Assembly (NCBI RefSeq): GCF_004010195.1
Contig: NC_057719.1
Coordinates: 85,052,558 to 85,116,557 of the forward strand
Direction: 5' to 3'
Source: Chiloscyllium plagiosum
Lineage: Eukaryota
Length of the DNA stretch: 64,000 nt
A program made the translations under genes and the position numbers. Of the stretch, positions 1-14,228 are shown one piece after another (positions within the stretch are counted from its first letter, which is position 1; each line of letters opens with the position of its first letter). Under the pieces are notes generated by a model, which was not told where the DNA came from, made no database searches, and worked only from the letters and a program-made list of their open reading frames with translations.

Positions 1-388
1 AACGGCCAGGAAGAAGCTGCTCCTGAACTTTGGCTGGTGTCTCTGTGTGTGTGTCTGTGTGGCTGTGTCTGTGTGTGTGTTCAGGCTTCTGTATCTTCTA
101 TCTGTCGGAGGAGGTTGTGGGAGATCAGTACCGAAGTGTGATGGGTCTTTGATGATGTTGGCAGCCTTTCCATGGCAATGAGCTGTGTAAATGGAGTTTG
201 TGGGAGGCAGGTTGGCTTCTGTGATGGGTTGGGCTGGGCACACCACCTTCTGTAGCTTCTTAACGGTCCTGGGCAAAGCAGTTACCATACCAGGTCATTT
301 TGCAACAGGACAGTATGCTTTCAATTGTGCATCTATAGACATAGGTGAGGATTGTTACGGGCATGCCAAATTTCTCTATTCCAAGTAA
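1..388 (-). mobile_element. Rex1/Babar-type LINE 3' fragment
   Basis: Similar to 6921-7260 (gatgatgttggcagcc motif) and to the reverse complement of the 45005-45985 copy. Confidence 0.65.
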
Positions 389-1399
389 AGACTGGCTCTG
401 GATTCTTCTTTCATCAACTGGCTCTCAGGAATATTGAGCAAATGACTGTAATTACCACTTCCAAATAAATCTGTTGGACTATAACCTGTGTGATTTTTAC
501 CTTTGTCCACCCCAGTCCAACACTGGCACCTCTACATCACACTTATTTATTGAAAGCAAACAATTAAAACTCAGTAAGATCTGTTTATAGTTTTAGTCTC
601 TCTATTTAAAAGAGGGATGAACTCGCAATGGCCCTTTCTGGTCTCATTCTTTCCCATTGTGTCTCGCTACCTCTAAGCCAATCTCAACTGTACTGCTGGC
701 TTCATTGTTTTCGGTTCTGCCTTGCTGCACTACTGTTACTCCCACTGCTGGTCTGCATTTTTCTGCTGCTCCCTGATGATATTCTTGCTACCTCTGTTTG
801 CTTTTTTTTTCTCAGCTGCTGATCTTCCTCTTTTCCACAGAATGGTTATGAACACAATAGAGTAGCAGTGGGAAACAAGAAGACAAAAGGTGGTCTGAGA
901 ACACATTGGGAGAACAGTAGACACTGCCTTCGCCACCAGGAGCCAACTGGTGTAACAAGTGATTGGCTGGATGAAAAGCAGCAAGGTGAGAGTTGGACTC
1001 AGCTACTCAACAAGGTGGGCAAAGGCAGGACCATGGTTCTGAGCTTGGATCATGACATTTTGGCAGCAATAAGCCTTTTCTGATGGTGCAGGGACTAATA
1101 TGGAGCAACCTGATGACTTCAACCTTGACCTACAAGCAAGTAAGCTTGCAGTCCTCCAGGACTGAAGCTGTGGAGGTGGGGGCATCAGCTTACGTATAAA
1201 TGTGTGTGTGTGTGTGTGTGTTAGTCTTCCTTCATGGGGTGGAGCCTGATCTCCAGTTGTCTGGACCACCCCATTCATTGGACAAAGACTCTAATCTGTC
1301 AGGGCTATCTGGTTCAGTGTACCAGTCACTTTACATCAAAGATCTTAAGCACAGGCATCTTCCATCCCCTCAAAGTGAAGCTCAGGGCCTGAAACATCA

Positions 1400-1975
1400 G
1401 GATATCCATGAACAACCCCACAAGTGACAAACCTGAATATCGTACTGCTATCGTAATCTGGGACCTCTGGTGCTATGACACTGAGGTTGCTGTCCTGAGA
1501 TGCAGCAAGCAGCAGATCAGCAAGAACAAACCTGAGGAAAAGCACCGACTCCATGGGGTTGGTTTCACCACAAAAAGCTAACTAGTTTCCATTCTCAATG
1601 AACCTCCCCGTATAGAAAGCAAGTATCATATTACCCTTTGGTTCACCCGAACCCAGAAACAGTCATCAATGTCCTGTTGCAACATCTCAACCCTGATCAT
1701 AACAAACGCTTGATTTCATCAGAAGAGCAAATACAATATCTATCATGACCACCTTCACTCTGAACATTGGCAACTATCTGATTATATCATCCCATGAGGG
1801 ACCACATGGATGTCTGCAACACCTACATCATGATAACTGCTGGACTGATCATCGCCTAATTCAATCCACCATCTCCATCAACCTGGCCCAAAAACAGCAT
1901 CGGCAGAAATACTGCCACAGGAATATCAATGCTCTAAGATTCAAGAACACTGCAATGAAATAGCTGCTCAATCAG
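1400..1975 (+). mobile_element. RTE-like LINE endonuclease fragment, degenerate
   Basis: CWTDHRLIQSTISINL resembles the C-terminal end of an RTE apurinic-type endonuclease. Confidence 0.5.
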
Positions 1976-1977
1976 TA

Positions 1978-4900
1978 TAGAGTCATAGAGACGTACAGCA
2001 CAGAAACAGACCCTTCGGTCCAACTTGTCCATGCCAACCAGATATCCCAATCCAATCTAGTCCCACCTGGCAGCACCCGGCCCATATCCCTCCAAACCCT
2101 TTCTATTCATATACCCATTCAGTTGCCTTTTAAATGTTGCAATTGTACCAGCCACTAGCACTTCCTCTTGCACCTCATTCCATACACGTACCCTGAATGA
2201 TGAAGTCGCTCCTCAGGTCTCTTTTATATATTTCCCTTCTCATCCTAAACCTATGCCCTGTAGTTCTGGACTCCTCCACCCCAGGAAAAAGACTTTGTCT
2301 ATTTATCCTATCCATGCCCCTCATAATGTTGTAAACCTCATTAGGTCACCCCTCAGCCTCCAACACTCCAGGGAAAACAGCCCCAGCCTATTCAACCTCT
2401 CCCTATAGCTCAAATTCTCCAACCCTGGCAACATCCTTGCAAATATTTTCTGAACCTTTTCAAGTTTCACAACATTTTTCCAATTGGAAGGAGACCGGAT
2501 TTGCACACAATATTCCAAAAGTGGCCTAAACAATATCCGGCACAGCTGCAACATGACCTCCCAACTCCTGTACTCAATACTCTGACCAATAAAGGAAAGC
2601 ATACCAAACGCCTTCTTCACTATCCTATCTACCTGCGACTCCACTTTCAAGGAGCTATGAACCTGCACTCCAAGATCTCTTTGTTCAGCAACACTCCCTA
2701 GGACCTTACCATTAAGTGTGTAAGTCCTGCTAAGATTTGCTTTCCCCAAATGCGGTACCTCGCATTTATCTAAATTAAACTCCATCTGCCACTCCTCAGC
2801 CCATTGGCCCATCTGAACTAAATCCCATTGTAATCTGAGGTAACCCTCTTCGCTGTCCACTGCACCACCAATTTTGGTGCCATCTGCAAATCTACTAACT
2901 ATACCCCTTATGCTCACATCCAAATCATTTATATAAATGATGAAAAGTAGTGGACCTAGCACCGATCCTTGTGGCACTCCACTGGTCACAGGCCTCCAGT
3001 CTGAAAAACAACCCTCCACCACCCCTCTGTCTTCTAGCTTTGAGTCAATTTTGTATCCAAATGGCTAGTTCTCCCTGTATTCCATGAGGTCTAACCTTGC
3101 TCACCATTCTCCCATGGAGAACCTTGTCGAATGTCTTACTGAAGTCCATATAGATCATGTCATCACTCTGCCCTCATCAATCCTCTTTGTTAATTCTTTA
3201 AAAAACTCAATCAAGTTTGAGAAACATGATTTCCCACGCACAAAGCCATGTTTACTATCCCTAATAATTCCTTGTCTTTCCAAATACATATACATCCCGT
3301 CCTTCAGGCTTCTCTCCAACAACTTGCCCACTACCGATGTCAGGCTCACTGGTCTATAGTTCCCTGGCTTGTCCTTACCACCCTTCTTAAACAGTGGCAC
3401 CATGTTAACAATCATTTCCATAGCTTCCCACAGAGTTCTAGGATACACATGATCAGGTCCTGGGGATTTATCCACTTTTATGCGTTTCAAGACATCCAAC
3501 ACTTTGTCCTCTGTAATATGGACATTTTTGAAGATATCACCATCTATTTCCCTACATTCTATACCTTCCATGTCCTTTTCCACAGTAAACACTGATGCAA
3601 AATTGTATCTCCCCCATTTTCTGCAGTTGCTGGTCTTTGAGGGGACCCTATTCTCTCCCCAGTTACCCTTTTGTCCTTAATGTATTTGTAAAAACCGCCA
3701 TAGCTGTCTCATGCCCTCTTTTTGCCCTCCTGATTTCCCTCTTAAGTGTATTCCTACTGTCTTCATACTCTTCTGAGGATTCATTCAATTTGTCTTGTCT
3801 ATACCTGACATATGTTTCCTTCTTTTTCTTAACTAAACCCTCAATTTTTTTAGTCATCCAGCAGTCCCTATACCTACCAGCCTTTCCTTTCACCCTAACC
3901 AGAATATGCTGTCTCTGGACTCTCTTTATCTCATTTCTGAAGGCTTCCATTTTCCAGCCGTCCATTACCTGCAAACATCTGCTGCAATCAGCTTTTGAAA
4001 ATTCTTGCCTAATATTGTCAAAATTAGCCTTCCTCCGCTTTAGAACTTAAACTTTTAGATCTGGTCTATTCATTTTCATCACTATTTTAAAACTAATAGA
4101 ATTATGGTCGCTGACCCCAAAATGTTCCCCCACTGAGACCTCAGTCACCTGCTCTGTCTTATTTCCCAAGAGTAAGTCATGTTTTGCACCTTCTCTAGTA
4201 GGTACATCCACATACTGAATCACAAAATTTTCTTGTACACACTTAATAAATTCTTCTCCATCTAAACCCTTAACACTATGGCAGTCCCAGTCTATGTTTG
4301 GAAAGTTAAAATCCCCTACCATAACCACCCTATTATTCTTACAGATAACTGAGATCGCCTTACAAATTTGTTTTTCAATTTCCCTCTGACTATTAGGGGT
4401 TCTATAATACAATTTCAATTAAGGTGATCATCCCTTTCTTATTTCTCAGTTCAACCCAAATAAGTTCCCTGGATGTATTTCTGGGAATATCATCCCTCAG
4501 TACAGCTGTTATTGCTAGCCCCTCCCAGTACAGCTATCCCTTATCAAAAACACCACTCCCCCAGCTCTCTTGCCTCCCTTTCTGTCCTTCCTGTGGCATT
4601 TGCATCCTGGAATATTAAGCTGCCAATTCTGTCCACCCCTGGGCCATGTTTCTGTAATTGCTATGATATCACAGTCCAATGTTCCTAACCATGCCCTGAG
4701 TTCATCTGTCTTCCCTGTTAGGCCTCTTGTATTGAAATGAATGCAGTTTATCAGTCCTACCTTGTTCTCTGCTTTGTCCCTGCCTGTCCTGACTGTTTGA
4801 CTCACTTCTTTTCTCAACTGTACCAGTCTCAGGTTAACCTCTTTCCTCACTATCTCCCTGGGTCCCACCTCCCCACCTTAACTGGTTAACTCCTCCTGAG

Positions 4901-5830
4901 CAGCTCTAACATATCTCCCTACGAACACATTAGTCCCCTTCCAATTCAGGTGCAATCTGTCCTTCTTGTACAGGTCACTTTTACCCCAGAAGAGATTACA
5001 ATGATCCAAAAATGTGAATCCTTCTCCCACACACCAGTTCCTCAGCCATGCATTCATCTGCTCTTTCTTCCTATTCCTACTCTCACTAGCTTGCAGCATC
5101 GAGAGTAATCCAGATATTACTACTTTTGAGGATCTCCTTTTTAAATTCCTGCCTAACTCTCTGTAATCTCCCTTCAGAATCTCATCCCTTTGCCTTCCTA
5201 TGTCATTGGTTCCAATGTGTACAATAACCTCCTGCTGGCCCCTCTCCCCCTTGAGAACATTCTGCACCCTCTCTGAGACATCCTTGATCGTGGCACCAGG
5301 GAGGTGATACACCATTCTGATTTTTTGCTGCTAGTCACAGAAATGTCTATCTGTGCCTCGGACTAGAGAGTCCCTAATACAATTGATCTCTTTGGAACCC
5401 AATGTACCCCTCATTGTATTTGAGCAAATCTTGATACCAGAAACTTGGCTGTTCATGCTACATTCCCCTGAGAATCCATCACCCCCTACATTTTCCAAAA
5501 CAGCATACTTGTTTGAAATGGGGATAGCCACAGAAGAATCCTGCACTACCCACCTCCCTTCTCTTACCTTTGTTGGAGTTAACCCATCTACGTGACTGCA
5601 TCTGCAACATTTTTCCCTTCCTATAACTGCCACCCATCATATCCCCTTGCTGCTGTAAATTTCTCATTGCTTCTAACTGTCTCTCCAACTGATCCATTTG
5701 ATCTGATAGGATTCGCAACCAACAGCACCTATTGCAGATATGATCCTCAGTAACAAGGAAACTCTCCCGCATCCAATAAGAAGAGTATATCACTCTGCTA
5801 AAGGCCATATTTGCTTCTTCCAATCTACAC
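1978..5830 (-). mobile_element. Near full-length CR1 LINE (esterase-like ORF1, endonuclease, RT), decayed
   Basis: ORF1-like VIVHIGTNDIG (4878-5315); endonuclease IIAITETW, GDFNFPNIDW, SDHN; RT SGVPQGSVLGP, FAD(G)TKIG; short tandem 3' tail near 1978. Confidence 0.93.
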
Positions 5831-6599
5831 CCACTTCCTGTTGTGAAGAAGGGTTACACCCAAAATGTTGAATTCTCTGCCTCCTGATGCTGCTGTTTGC
5901 TGTGCTTTTCCAGCCTCCTATTTGTCTTCCTTGGATTCCAGAATTCGCAGATTTTTTTGTCTCTAGCTAAGAATTCTTTTCTTGACAAGAGCTTGGGTGT
6001 AGCTGGGTACTGTTGAAAGCATGGAAGTATAATTCTTGTAGGTTGACTGCGCCTTCAGCTTTCAGTGAAAATACAGGATTCTTTCTGGGAATCAGATTTT
6101 GAGAGAAGTTGAGCTTAGAGGCAGGATTTTAAAATGAGCCTGAAGGGTGTTTATGGCATTTTGCACTGATGCAAACAGCAGATTCAGAAACGAGGTGAAA
6201 GCTGTATAATTTAAGCTATCAGTAATGACAAATTTCAGACATGTGACCAGGGTTTCTCTTGTTATTTTAGTTAACAAGATGGCTTTGATGCATCTGATCA
6301 AAAGCATTGTGTTTTACAAGATATAACTGTGGAGAACCTTATCACCACCTCAGGCATAATGGACTTCAATGATTTTCCTTCAAACCACACCTGGCAGGGA
6401 CAGACATTGGTTGTTGCTCTTATCTGTAGATTTGATGAGAAAATCTTTCCAATGCAAGAGTGTGACATTTCAGGAGAGTGATGAGCTTTTGTCTGCTGGA
6501 AGCAGTCATATTAAGTAGTGCCTATTTAAAAAAAACCCAAGAGAATACAATTTAAAAGAAAACAATCCAGGATCTCACTTCATACCTTCTGTGCATGAA

Positions 6600-8470
6600 A
6601 CAATGAACAATTTATACTGAATGTTTGCTTTGATTTATTGTAGTCACATGTACCTAAGTACAGTGAAAATCTTTGTTTTGCAAGCAGTACAGACACATCA
6701 TAGCAAACAAGGACATACAGATCAGCTAGGCACACAGGTTACAATGATACAGGAGGTTCACAAAGCAAGATCATTAGCAAAATCAACATTATTTGAAGTC
6801 AGTGAGTCCTGATGAAGGGCTTTTGCCCAAAATGTCGATTTTCCTACTCCTTGGACGCTGCCTGACCAGCTGTGCTTTTCCAACACCATTCTAATCTAGA
6901 CCCCGAGTCCATTCATCAGTTTAGTAACAGCAGGAAAGAAGCTGTTCTTGAACCTCTTGGCATGAGTTCAAGCTTCGGTAACTTCTGCCTGGTGAAAGAG
7001 GTTGAAGGAGAGCATTACCAGGGTGGGAAGGGTCTTTGATGATGTTGGCAGCCTTTTCATGGCAACAAGAAGTGTAAGTGGAGTCCACGGATGGGAGGTT
7101 GGCTTCTGTGATTATCTGAGCTGTGATCGCAACTTTCCGTAGCTTCTTATAGTCCTGGGTAGAACAATTGCCGTGCCAGGGCATTATGCACCCAGATAAT
7201 GCTTTCTATGGTGCATCTCTAAATGTTGGTGAGGGTCCTTATGGGACATGCCAAATTTCCTAAGATGCCTGACTAAGAAGAGGAATTGTGGTGCCTTCTT
7301 GATTGTTGCATCTATGTGGAAACTTGACTGTCCTGACCCTCTCCACTTCAGCTCTGTTGAGGTAGATGGAGCCATGTCCTCCTCCTTTCTTCCTGAAAAT
7401 CATTGCTTGATATCCATCCTATCATGGTGACGTCGTCAGCAAACTTGTGGATGGCATTCATTCGGAATGTGGCAACACAGTTGTGGCTGTACAGGGACAA
7501 CAGGGAGTACAGTAGGGGGCTGAGAACATAGTTTGCAGGGCTCCAGTGTTGAGGGTTAATGTGGAGGAAGTGATGTTGTCTATCGTCACTGATTGCAGTC
7601 TGTGGGTCAGGAAGCTAAGGGCAGAGGGCAGAGGCGAGACCTAGGTCTCAGAAATTTGAGATTAGCCTTGAGGGGATTTAGGTGGATTTGTAGTCGTTGA
7701 GTAGGCATCTGATGTAGGTGTCCTGGTTATCCAGATGTTCCAAGACTGAGTGCAAGACTAGGGAAATGGTGCCCGCTGTGGACCTGTTTCATCAGTAAAC
7801 AAATTCCAGGAGATTGAGTCAGGCAGACAGGCTAGAGTTGATGTAGGTCATGACCAGCCTCTTGAAGCACTTCATGATTATTGAAGTCAGAGCCACTGGG
7901 CGGTAGTCATTAAAGCACACCTGCATGTGCTTTCTTTGATACGGAGATGATGGTGGTGTTTGTGAAGCAGGTGGGGACTTTGGATTATAGGAGGGAGAGG
8001 GTGAAGATGTCAGTGAATACCTCCACCAGCTGGTCCATGCAGGATCTAAGTGCACAGTCAGGACTCCATCCAGGCCGGTTGTTTTCTTTGAGGTGACTCT
8101 CAGGAGGACCAATCTGATGTTTGCAGTGGTGATGGAGGGAATAGATGCCTCCGGAGCTGTCATGTAAGGTGACACTGCACCACTGACATTCTGCTCAAAG
8201 CAAGCATAGAAAGCATTGAGCGCATCAGGGAGGAATGGGTTTTGGCCCGTTAACTTGCTCTGTTTCATTTTGTATCCCATTAGATTGTGTAGGCCTTGTC
8301 AGAGGGGGTGGGTGTCTGATGGCTGATTTGGGCCTCTAACTTGGTCCACTACTGCCTCTTGGCACCTCTGATGGCTTTGCGGAGGTCATTGCTGGATTGT
8401 CTGTATTGGTCTGGATTGTCCGACCTGAATGCTACACATCTGATAGGTAGGTAATGGATTTCCAGGTTCA
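6600..8470 (-). mobile_element. Rex1/Babar-type LINE fragment with a Penelope terminal-repeat insertion at ~6808-6900
   Basis: NDYRPVALTSIIMKCF, LRKFGM and ANIIKDPSHPG segments. Confidence 0.85.
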
Positions 8471-8859
8471 TCTGGGAATAGGGCGTTAATTGCTAACAAG
8501 TCAACTCTCATCGGTCAGGATAGTGCCACTTAGAATGCAATAGGGAACAGTTGCCCTTAATGCTTTTGTTTATTTGAATTTGATGCAATGCTTGATCACA
8601 TTCTGTTTGCAGAGCAAGGAGGGTCTACGTATTAATACATATTACTCCTATCAGGTGTAAGTGAACTACGTAAGTGAGCTTGATTGATTATCTTAAATTG
8701 ACTGTTGATGCAATTTTTTAGTATGTTCATGATTTTTCACTACAAGCTGACCAATCACAAGATCACATTTAAAGTTGGACACTATGCTCTGACCATTGCC
8801 AACACAGGCTGTTTAATTATGGTCAGTAGTATTCTTAGTGTGAACAGCTAAAGCGACAC

Positions 8860-10500
8860 CATGTACACTCAGATAGATGATGTTGCCATGGGATTCCCTC
8901 TAGGCACAGCCCTTGCTAACACCTTTATTGGTAACCATGAGAAACATATTTATTATGGCCAGACTACTAACCTTGAACCCTTTGCATATTTCCAAGATGT
9001 AGATGACATGTTTGCAATATTTGAATCTGCAGCTACAAAGGATTTCTTTACACAATTTAACTCTAACCTGTGCTCAAATTTACCACTGTAATGCACCAAT
9101 TAAATGAATCCTTTTTCTCAATATACTAGTTGAGAAGTCTGATAATGTGTTTTTAACTATTATCTCCCAAAAGTTTACATTCACTGGTCAACATACACAC
9201 TGAGCTTCCCAACAGTCCCACGTGCTATGAGAGCAATCTTATGAAGGCTACAGCCTTCATGAAGAAGGCTGTAGCCATCTGGTCATTGGGTAAGGTAGAT
9301 GAGATGACAGGGAATATTAAAACTATCCTGCGTCATTACAGATAACTAACCAAATCATCCCTTGATGTGAATCGCAAAAATTGAAGAAACAGCCAATGTC
9401 TACCATCTGAGGACCTGAGCAGAACTCAGTCTACCTCAGATTACCCAGGAAAAGATGTCTCAAAAATTTGAACAGCAGCTAAAGCTATCTCACGCTGCTT
9501 ATTAAGCAGTAAATCAATAAGTGGCTCTCTCCACAAACAGGATGCTACCATCAAGCTAAAAATAATTTTGCCCACCACGTAATTGCTTAATGTGACGCAT
9601 GAGTTTGTGTTAGTGTGATGCCAGGTTGTAGTTCACATGTCCCAATGTCTGGCAGGCCATATTAATCACATTCCATCGTCCATTCACAATATGCAACATA
9701 CTGCTCATGCTCAACAAGATAATAGTTGCAAGCCTCAGAAGACTATTTTTTTTTTATTTCAAATATATACTTTATTCATAAAATACTTTGATGATCTGTA
9801 CAACTGGACATGCCATACATATGTAAACATCCCATTTGTTTGCATACCGAAAACAGAGTAATCATTCCTATTTACAGGTCTGTATGATTACATTTTTAGC
9901 TGAGGCGTCAGCAGAGCCCAAATGACTGCGCAGGCCCCCTATTCTTCTTTAGGCAGGCAGATGTTACACGGTGGTCTTTCCCCACCGCGCCTTGGCGGCA
10001 GCTGCCCCAAGCTTCACCGCGTCCCTCAACACGTAGTCCTGGACCTTGGAATGTGCCAGTCTGCAACACTCAGGCGGGGTCAACTCCTTCAGCTGGAAGA
10101 TCAACAGGTTTTGGACCGCCCAGAGAATGTCTTTCACTGAGTTGATGATCCTCCAGGCACAGTTGATGTTCGTCTCGGTGTGCGTCCCGGGGAACAGCTG
10201 TAGAGCACGGAGTCCCGCGTCACGGCGCTGCTCAGGACAAACCTCGACAAACACCACTGCAAGCCTCAGAAGACTATATCCACCATCAGAAGTGATTCCG
10301 CGATTGAAAATCATTTAGTAAATAAGCTGGACTATACTAATAGCTAAACCAGAAACCAATTTAAGGTCAAAGTTAGGATTGCCTTGTATGTGTGCTAGAA
10401 TGTACATATATAAATACCCAGGACCCTGATTCATGTAAACAAAAGAAATTTGTACAGAAATTGCACTTTTTCAAAAATAGGAGTAACGGGGACAACAGCC
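8860..10500 (+). mobile_element. Degenerate Penelope-like element, interrupted by an L1/Tx1 insertion
   Basis: YTQIDDVAMGFPLGTALANTF and YFQDVDDMF resemble PLE RT motifs. Confidence 0.7.
9747..10257 (-). mobile_element. 5'-truncated L1/Tx1-clade LINE with poly(A) tail and 20-bp TSD
   Basis: ORF2 C-terminus (..KVQDYVLRDAVKLGAAAAKARWGKTTV); T-run at 9746; tgcaagcctcagaagactat at both 9727-9746 and 10258-10277. Confidence 0.85.
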
Positions 10501-10713
10501 AGTTGCTGCTGCATCCCCATGGCAATTACCTGACCAATTAGAGTCTACCTGCTGGTCTGAGAATTAAGATTGTGAGGCTCTTGCTTTCTCATAATACCAA
10601 TAATAATCTGATTAATCAGCATCCTCTTTTCAAGCTGCACAAAATGGTGTCTCTTGCATTCCAGATGAAAAACCCCAATTTTAGTCTCCTTTTAGCAATG
10701 TTTTAAGTTCTAT

Positions 10714-10930
10714 ACAGATTATTCTGTTATAACGTGAGTTTCGTCAATGCAAATTCCATGTAACACAATTAACGAACTGGGGACATTGTTTCTACAGCGT
10801 GAACTTTTAAAATGTGTGTTGGCCGTAACATGAATACAGCGCCAATACTTTAAGCGCTGTTTCTAATACATGGTTTTTCTACAAGTGGGGTTGCACAAGA
10901 ATGCAACTATTGTTATAAAAGAACTGACTG
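10714..10930. mobile_element. Tc1/mariner-type MITE, degenerate
   Basis: TA-flanked imperfect inverted ends cagattattctgttataac ... gttataaaagaactgactg. Confidence 0.45.
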
Positions 10931-10951
10931 TATAAACTATTAATTTATCAT

Positions 10952-10952
<1 letters not shown>

Positions 10953-10979
<27 letters not shown>
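10953..10979. repeat. (TA)n microsatellite
   Basis: Direct reading. Confidence 0.95.
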
Positions 10980-10982
<3 letters not shown>

Positions 10983-12419
10983 AATATAAAATGTATATCT
11001 ATCACAAAAGTTAATAAATGGCAATTCAAGTTCTATAAAGGGAAAATATTTAAATGGGACACCAAGAAATGCTCAATACAGTGGCAAGTTACAAGATCAG
11101 ACCTACTCCAATTAAAATAAATGACTATATTGAATACAGAAAGAAAATGTACTACTCCCAACCCTAAAATCTAATCACTTCCAAAACAAATAATCATTTC
11201 TCAGGAGATAGGCCAAGTGAAATTAGCTAACAGCTTTACTAAGCTGTCCATAACCTATAAAAGGACACAATCAATATTGCTCATCATTTAAATTTGTCAT
11301 CTAATCCCCAAAAATCAAGCAATATCATTGTTTCGGCATAGTTCAGTGTCATGTGACTTGAAAGCTTCTTGGCTTAAAATGTTCTGCTCTTAAGTCTGTT
11401 CATAGCTGGAATTTCATTCCCCTTTCCTGGAACCTTGACTTCTTTTGCGGGGTATTCAATGCAGAATGTTTTGGAGTGAGTAGGGAATAAGTGGGGGTTG
11501 ATTTAGTAAAAAAACAGGGGGAGGATTTTTTTAGCTCTGTTTGATTTCTGCAGGAGTAGGGTTGGGGGTGGGGCAGGGAAGTAGGACACAGGAGCCAGTG
11601 TGTCTGCAAGGTTGCACAGCTGACATCCCACAATGTCTATACAGTACCTAACCCTGAGGTTTGTACTTTGGCTGACTCCCTTTAACCTGGTCCTGATCGC
11701 ATTCAATGTGCCCCATGGACAACTGAACTGTAAGAAATATAGCTCTCCATAGTCTTGCATGTCCAAGGTAGCAGTGCTATTTACTGCCAAGGTAAACAAC
11801 AGCCTCCTCTTATTCAGTAAATCTTGCATATCGCCACATACATGAGCTACCAGAATGAACTTCCAACAATCACAAAGCAAAAAAAAACTATCAAACAAAA
11901 CTACAAATGCATTTGATCTCCAAAGTTGTACAATAAAGTTCTCAAACATCATGGATACTACATTGATTTCTGTTAGCCTTCTGTAGACTACTAAACTTAC
12001 ACAATGAAAATTAACACTTTTTCGTATGTACTTTTACACAGATTCTCAGAAACATTTGAAAGTATTTCTTGAAATGTTGTAACTGCTATGAAGGCAAATA
12101 ATTTGAACATGGAAAGATCCCACAAAAACCAATGAGGTGAGAGTTCATCTGGTTGATGTAGTTGAGGAATAAATCCATTTCAGGAAACTCAGGTCATCTA
12201 CAAATAGCGCCACTCAAGATGATAAACAGACCACCAAATTAACACCTTATCTGAAGGACAACACAATGACATAGTACACCCTCTGTAATACAAGTGGAGT
12301 GTCACCCTGCTTTGTAGAAAAGAATCATAAAATGCCAATGCACAGAGGATATTCAGTCATTATGACTGTGCCAGCTTGAAGTAAATTGAGACAGCCTCAC
12401 TATCCTGTTCTTTTGCATT

Positions 12420-14210
12420 GGGAACATAAGAGCAGAAGTAGGCCGTTTAGACGGTCAAACCTGTTCTATCATTCTAGATCAAGGCAGATCATTCACCTCA
12501 ATGTCACATTCTTGCACTATCTTCATATCTCATCATTAAGTGTAAATCTATTAATCTCTGTTACAAATACATTGAGCTTCCACAGTCTCTGAGGTAAAGA
12601 ATTCCAAAGTTTTGGCATCCTCTAAGATGTTTCACTGCATCTCAGTCCTAAATGGCTTGTCTTTTATTCTGAGACTGTGTCCCTAATTTAAGATCCCAAA
12701 GTCAAGGAAGCATCCTTACTGCAGCTACTCTGTCTTTAAGAAATTTCTAACTTTCTCTGAGATCACCTCTGAATGTTATACAGCCTCAAGCTCTATAAAC
12801 TCTCCTGATAGATCCCACCATCACAGTGATCAGTCAGATGAACCACTGCTGGACTCCCGCTAATGTAGCATTAAAACTGCACACAGTACTCCAAATGTAG
12901 TCTTACTAGTTTTACATAATTGAAGCAAAGTGTCTTCATTCCTGGACCCAAATCCACTACTGATAATAATGTTTGCCTTCGAAATTACTTGCTGCATCAG
13001 CATTGTTAGCTTTTAGTGACTTATGGACAAGGACATTAATGCTTCCCATTCTCTTACCATTTAAGAAATATTCTGCATAAACTTTCCTCCTAACAAAAGG
13101 GACCCTCATGTAAATTTTATTCAAACTATCATGGTCTTACTCATTCACTAAGCCTATTAAAATCCCTTGAAGTTTCTTTGTATCCTCAACTCACGTTCCC
13201 AAAGTCTGTATCATTTGCAAAATTTTAATATTATAATTGGTGCCCACATCCAAATCTATGATATAGATTGTGAATATTAAGGGCTCAATTATTGATCCTT
13301 GAGGTATCCCATTGGTTACAGCCTGTTAACCTGAGAATGACCCATTTATTCCTACTCTCTGCTTTCTATCCGTTATCTAATCATGATTATGCTAGCAAAT
13401 TATTCCAAATCCCATGTACTTTAAGTTTTTTTTTTATTACTAACTTCCTGTGTGGGAATTTATGCTTGCCATAGAAGGACTTCAGCAAAAGTTTGTCAGG
13501 CTAATTCCTGGGATGGTTAGACTGTCATATGAGGAGAAGTTGAGGAGGCTGCACCTGTATTCTTTGGAGATCAGAAGACTGGGAGGTGATCTTCCAAAAT
13601 TCTCAAAGGCATAGACAGAGTAGATGCAGAAAGAACGTACCTCCTAACTGTGGGGTCCACAACCAAGATACACAGTCTAGAATAAAAAGCAAGTATTTAG
13701 CACGACTGAAAGAAGGAGGAATATCTCCATTCAGAGGGTAGTATGTTCTGAAAATCCAATATACTACATCCATTGGATCTTCCTTATCAACTCTGCTAGT
13801 GGCATCGAAATGCTCTAATAATTTCCCTTTCGTAAATCTAGGTTGACTATGTCCAATCATTCTTGATGAAGGGCTTTTGCCCGAAACATCGATTTTCCTG
13901 CTCCTCAGATGCTGCCTGACCTGCTGTGCTTTTCTAGCATCACTCTAATCTTGACTCGAATCTCCAACATCTGCAATACCCACTTCTGCCTCTGTCCAAT
14001 CACACAACTATTTTTAAATGTGTAGTATGTATATTCTTTAGATTAGATTATAGTGTCTTCCCCATATTGTCAGGCTAACAGGTCTGTAGTTCCCTGTTTT
14101 CTCACTCCCGCCTTTCTTAAACAATGGATTACATTTGCAATTTTCCAAACTACAGACACCATTATGGAATTAATAGAATTCTGAAAGACAATCGCTTCTG
14201 CATTCACAGT
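12420..14210 (-). mobile_element. Old fragmented CR1 with an inverted segment (~13470-13740) and a PLE terminus (13860-13992; TSD tgtccaatca)
   Basis: CR1-like RT and 3' sequence; TSD at 13850-13859 and 13993-14002. Confidence 0.65.
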
Positions 14211-14228
14211 CAATCGAGGCCAAACTGT

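Noticed and set aside
11503..11952. 149-aa minus-strand ORF
   Set aside because: No recognisable family; it is antisense to the G-like exon, whose splice sites are on the plus strand.
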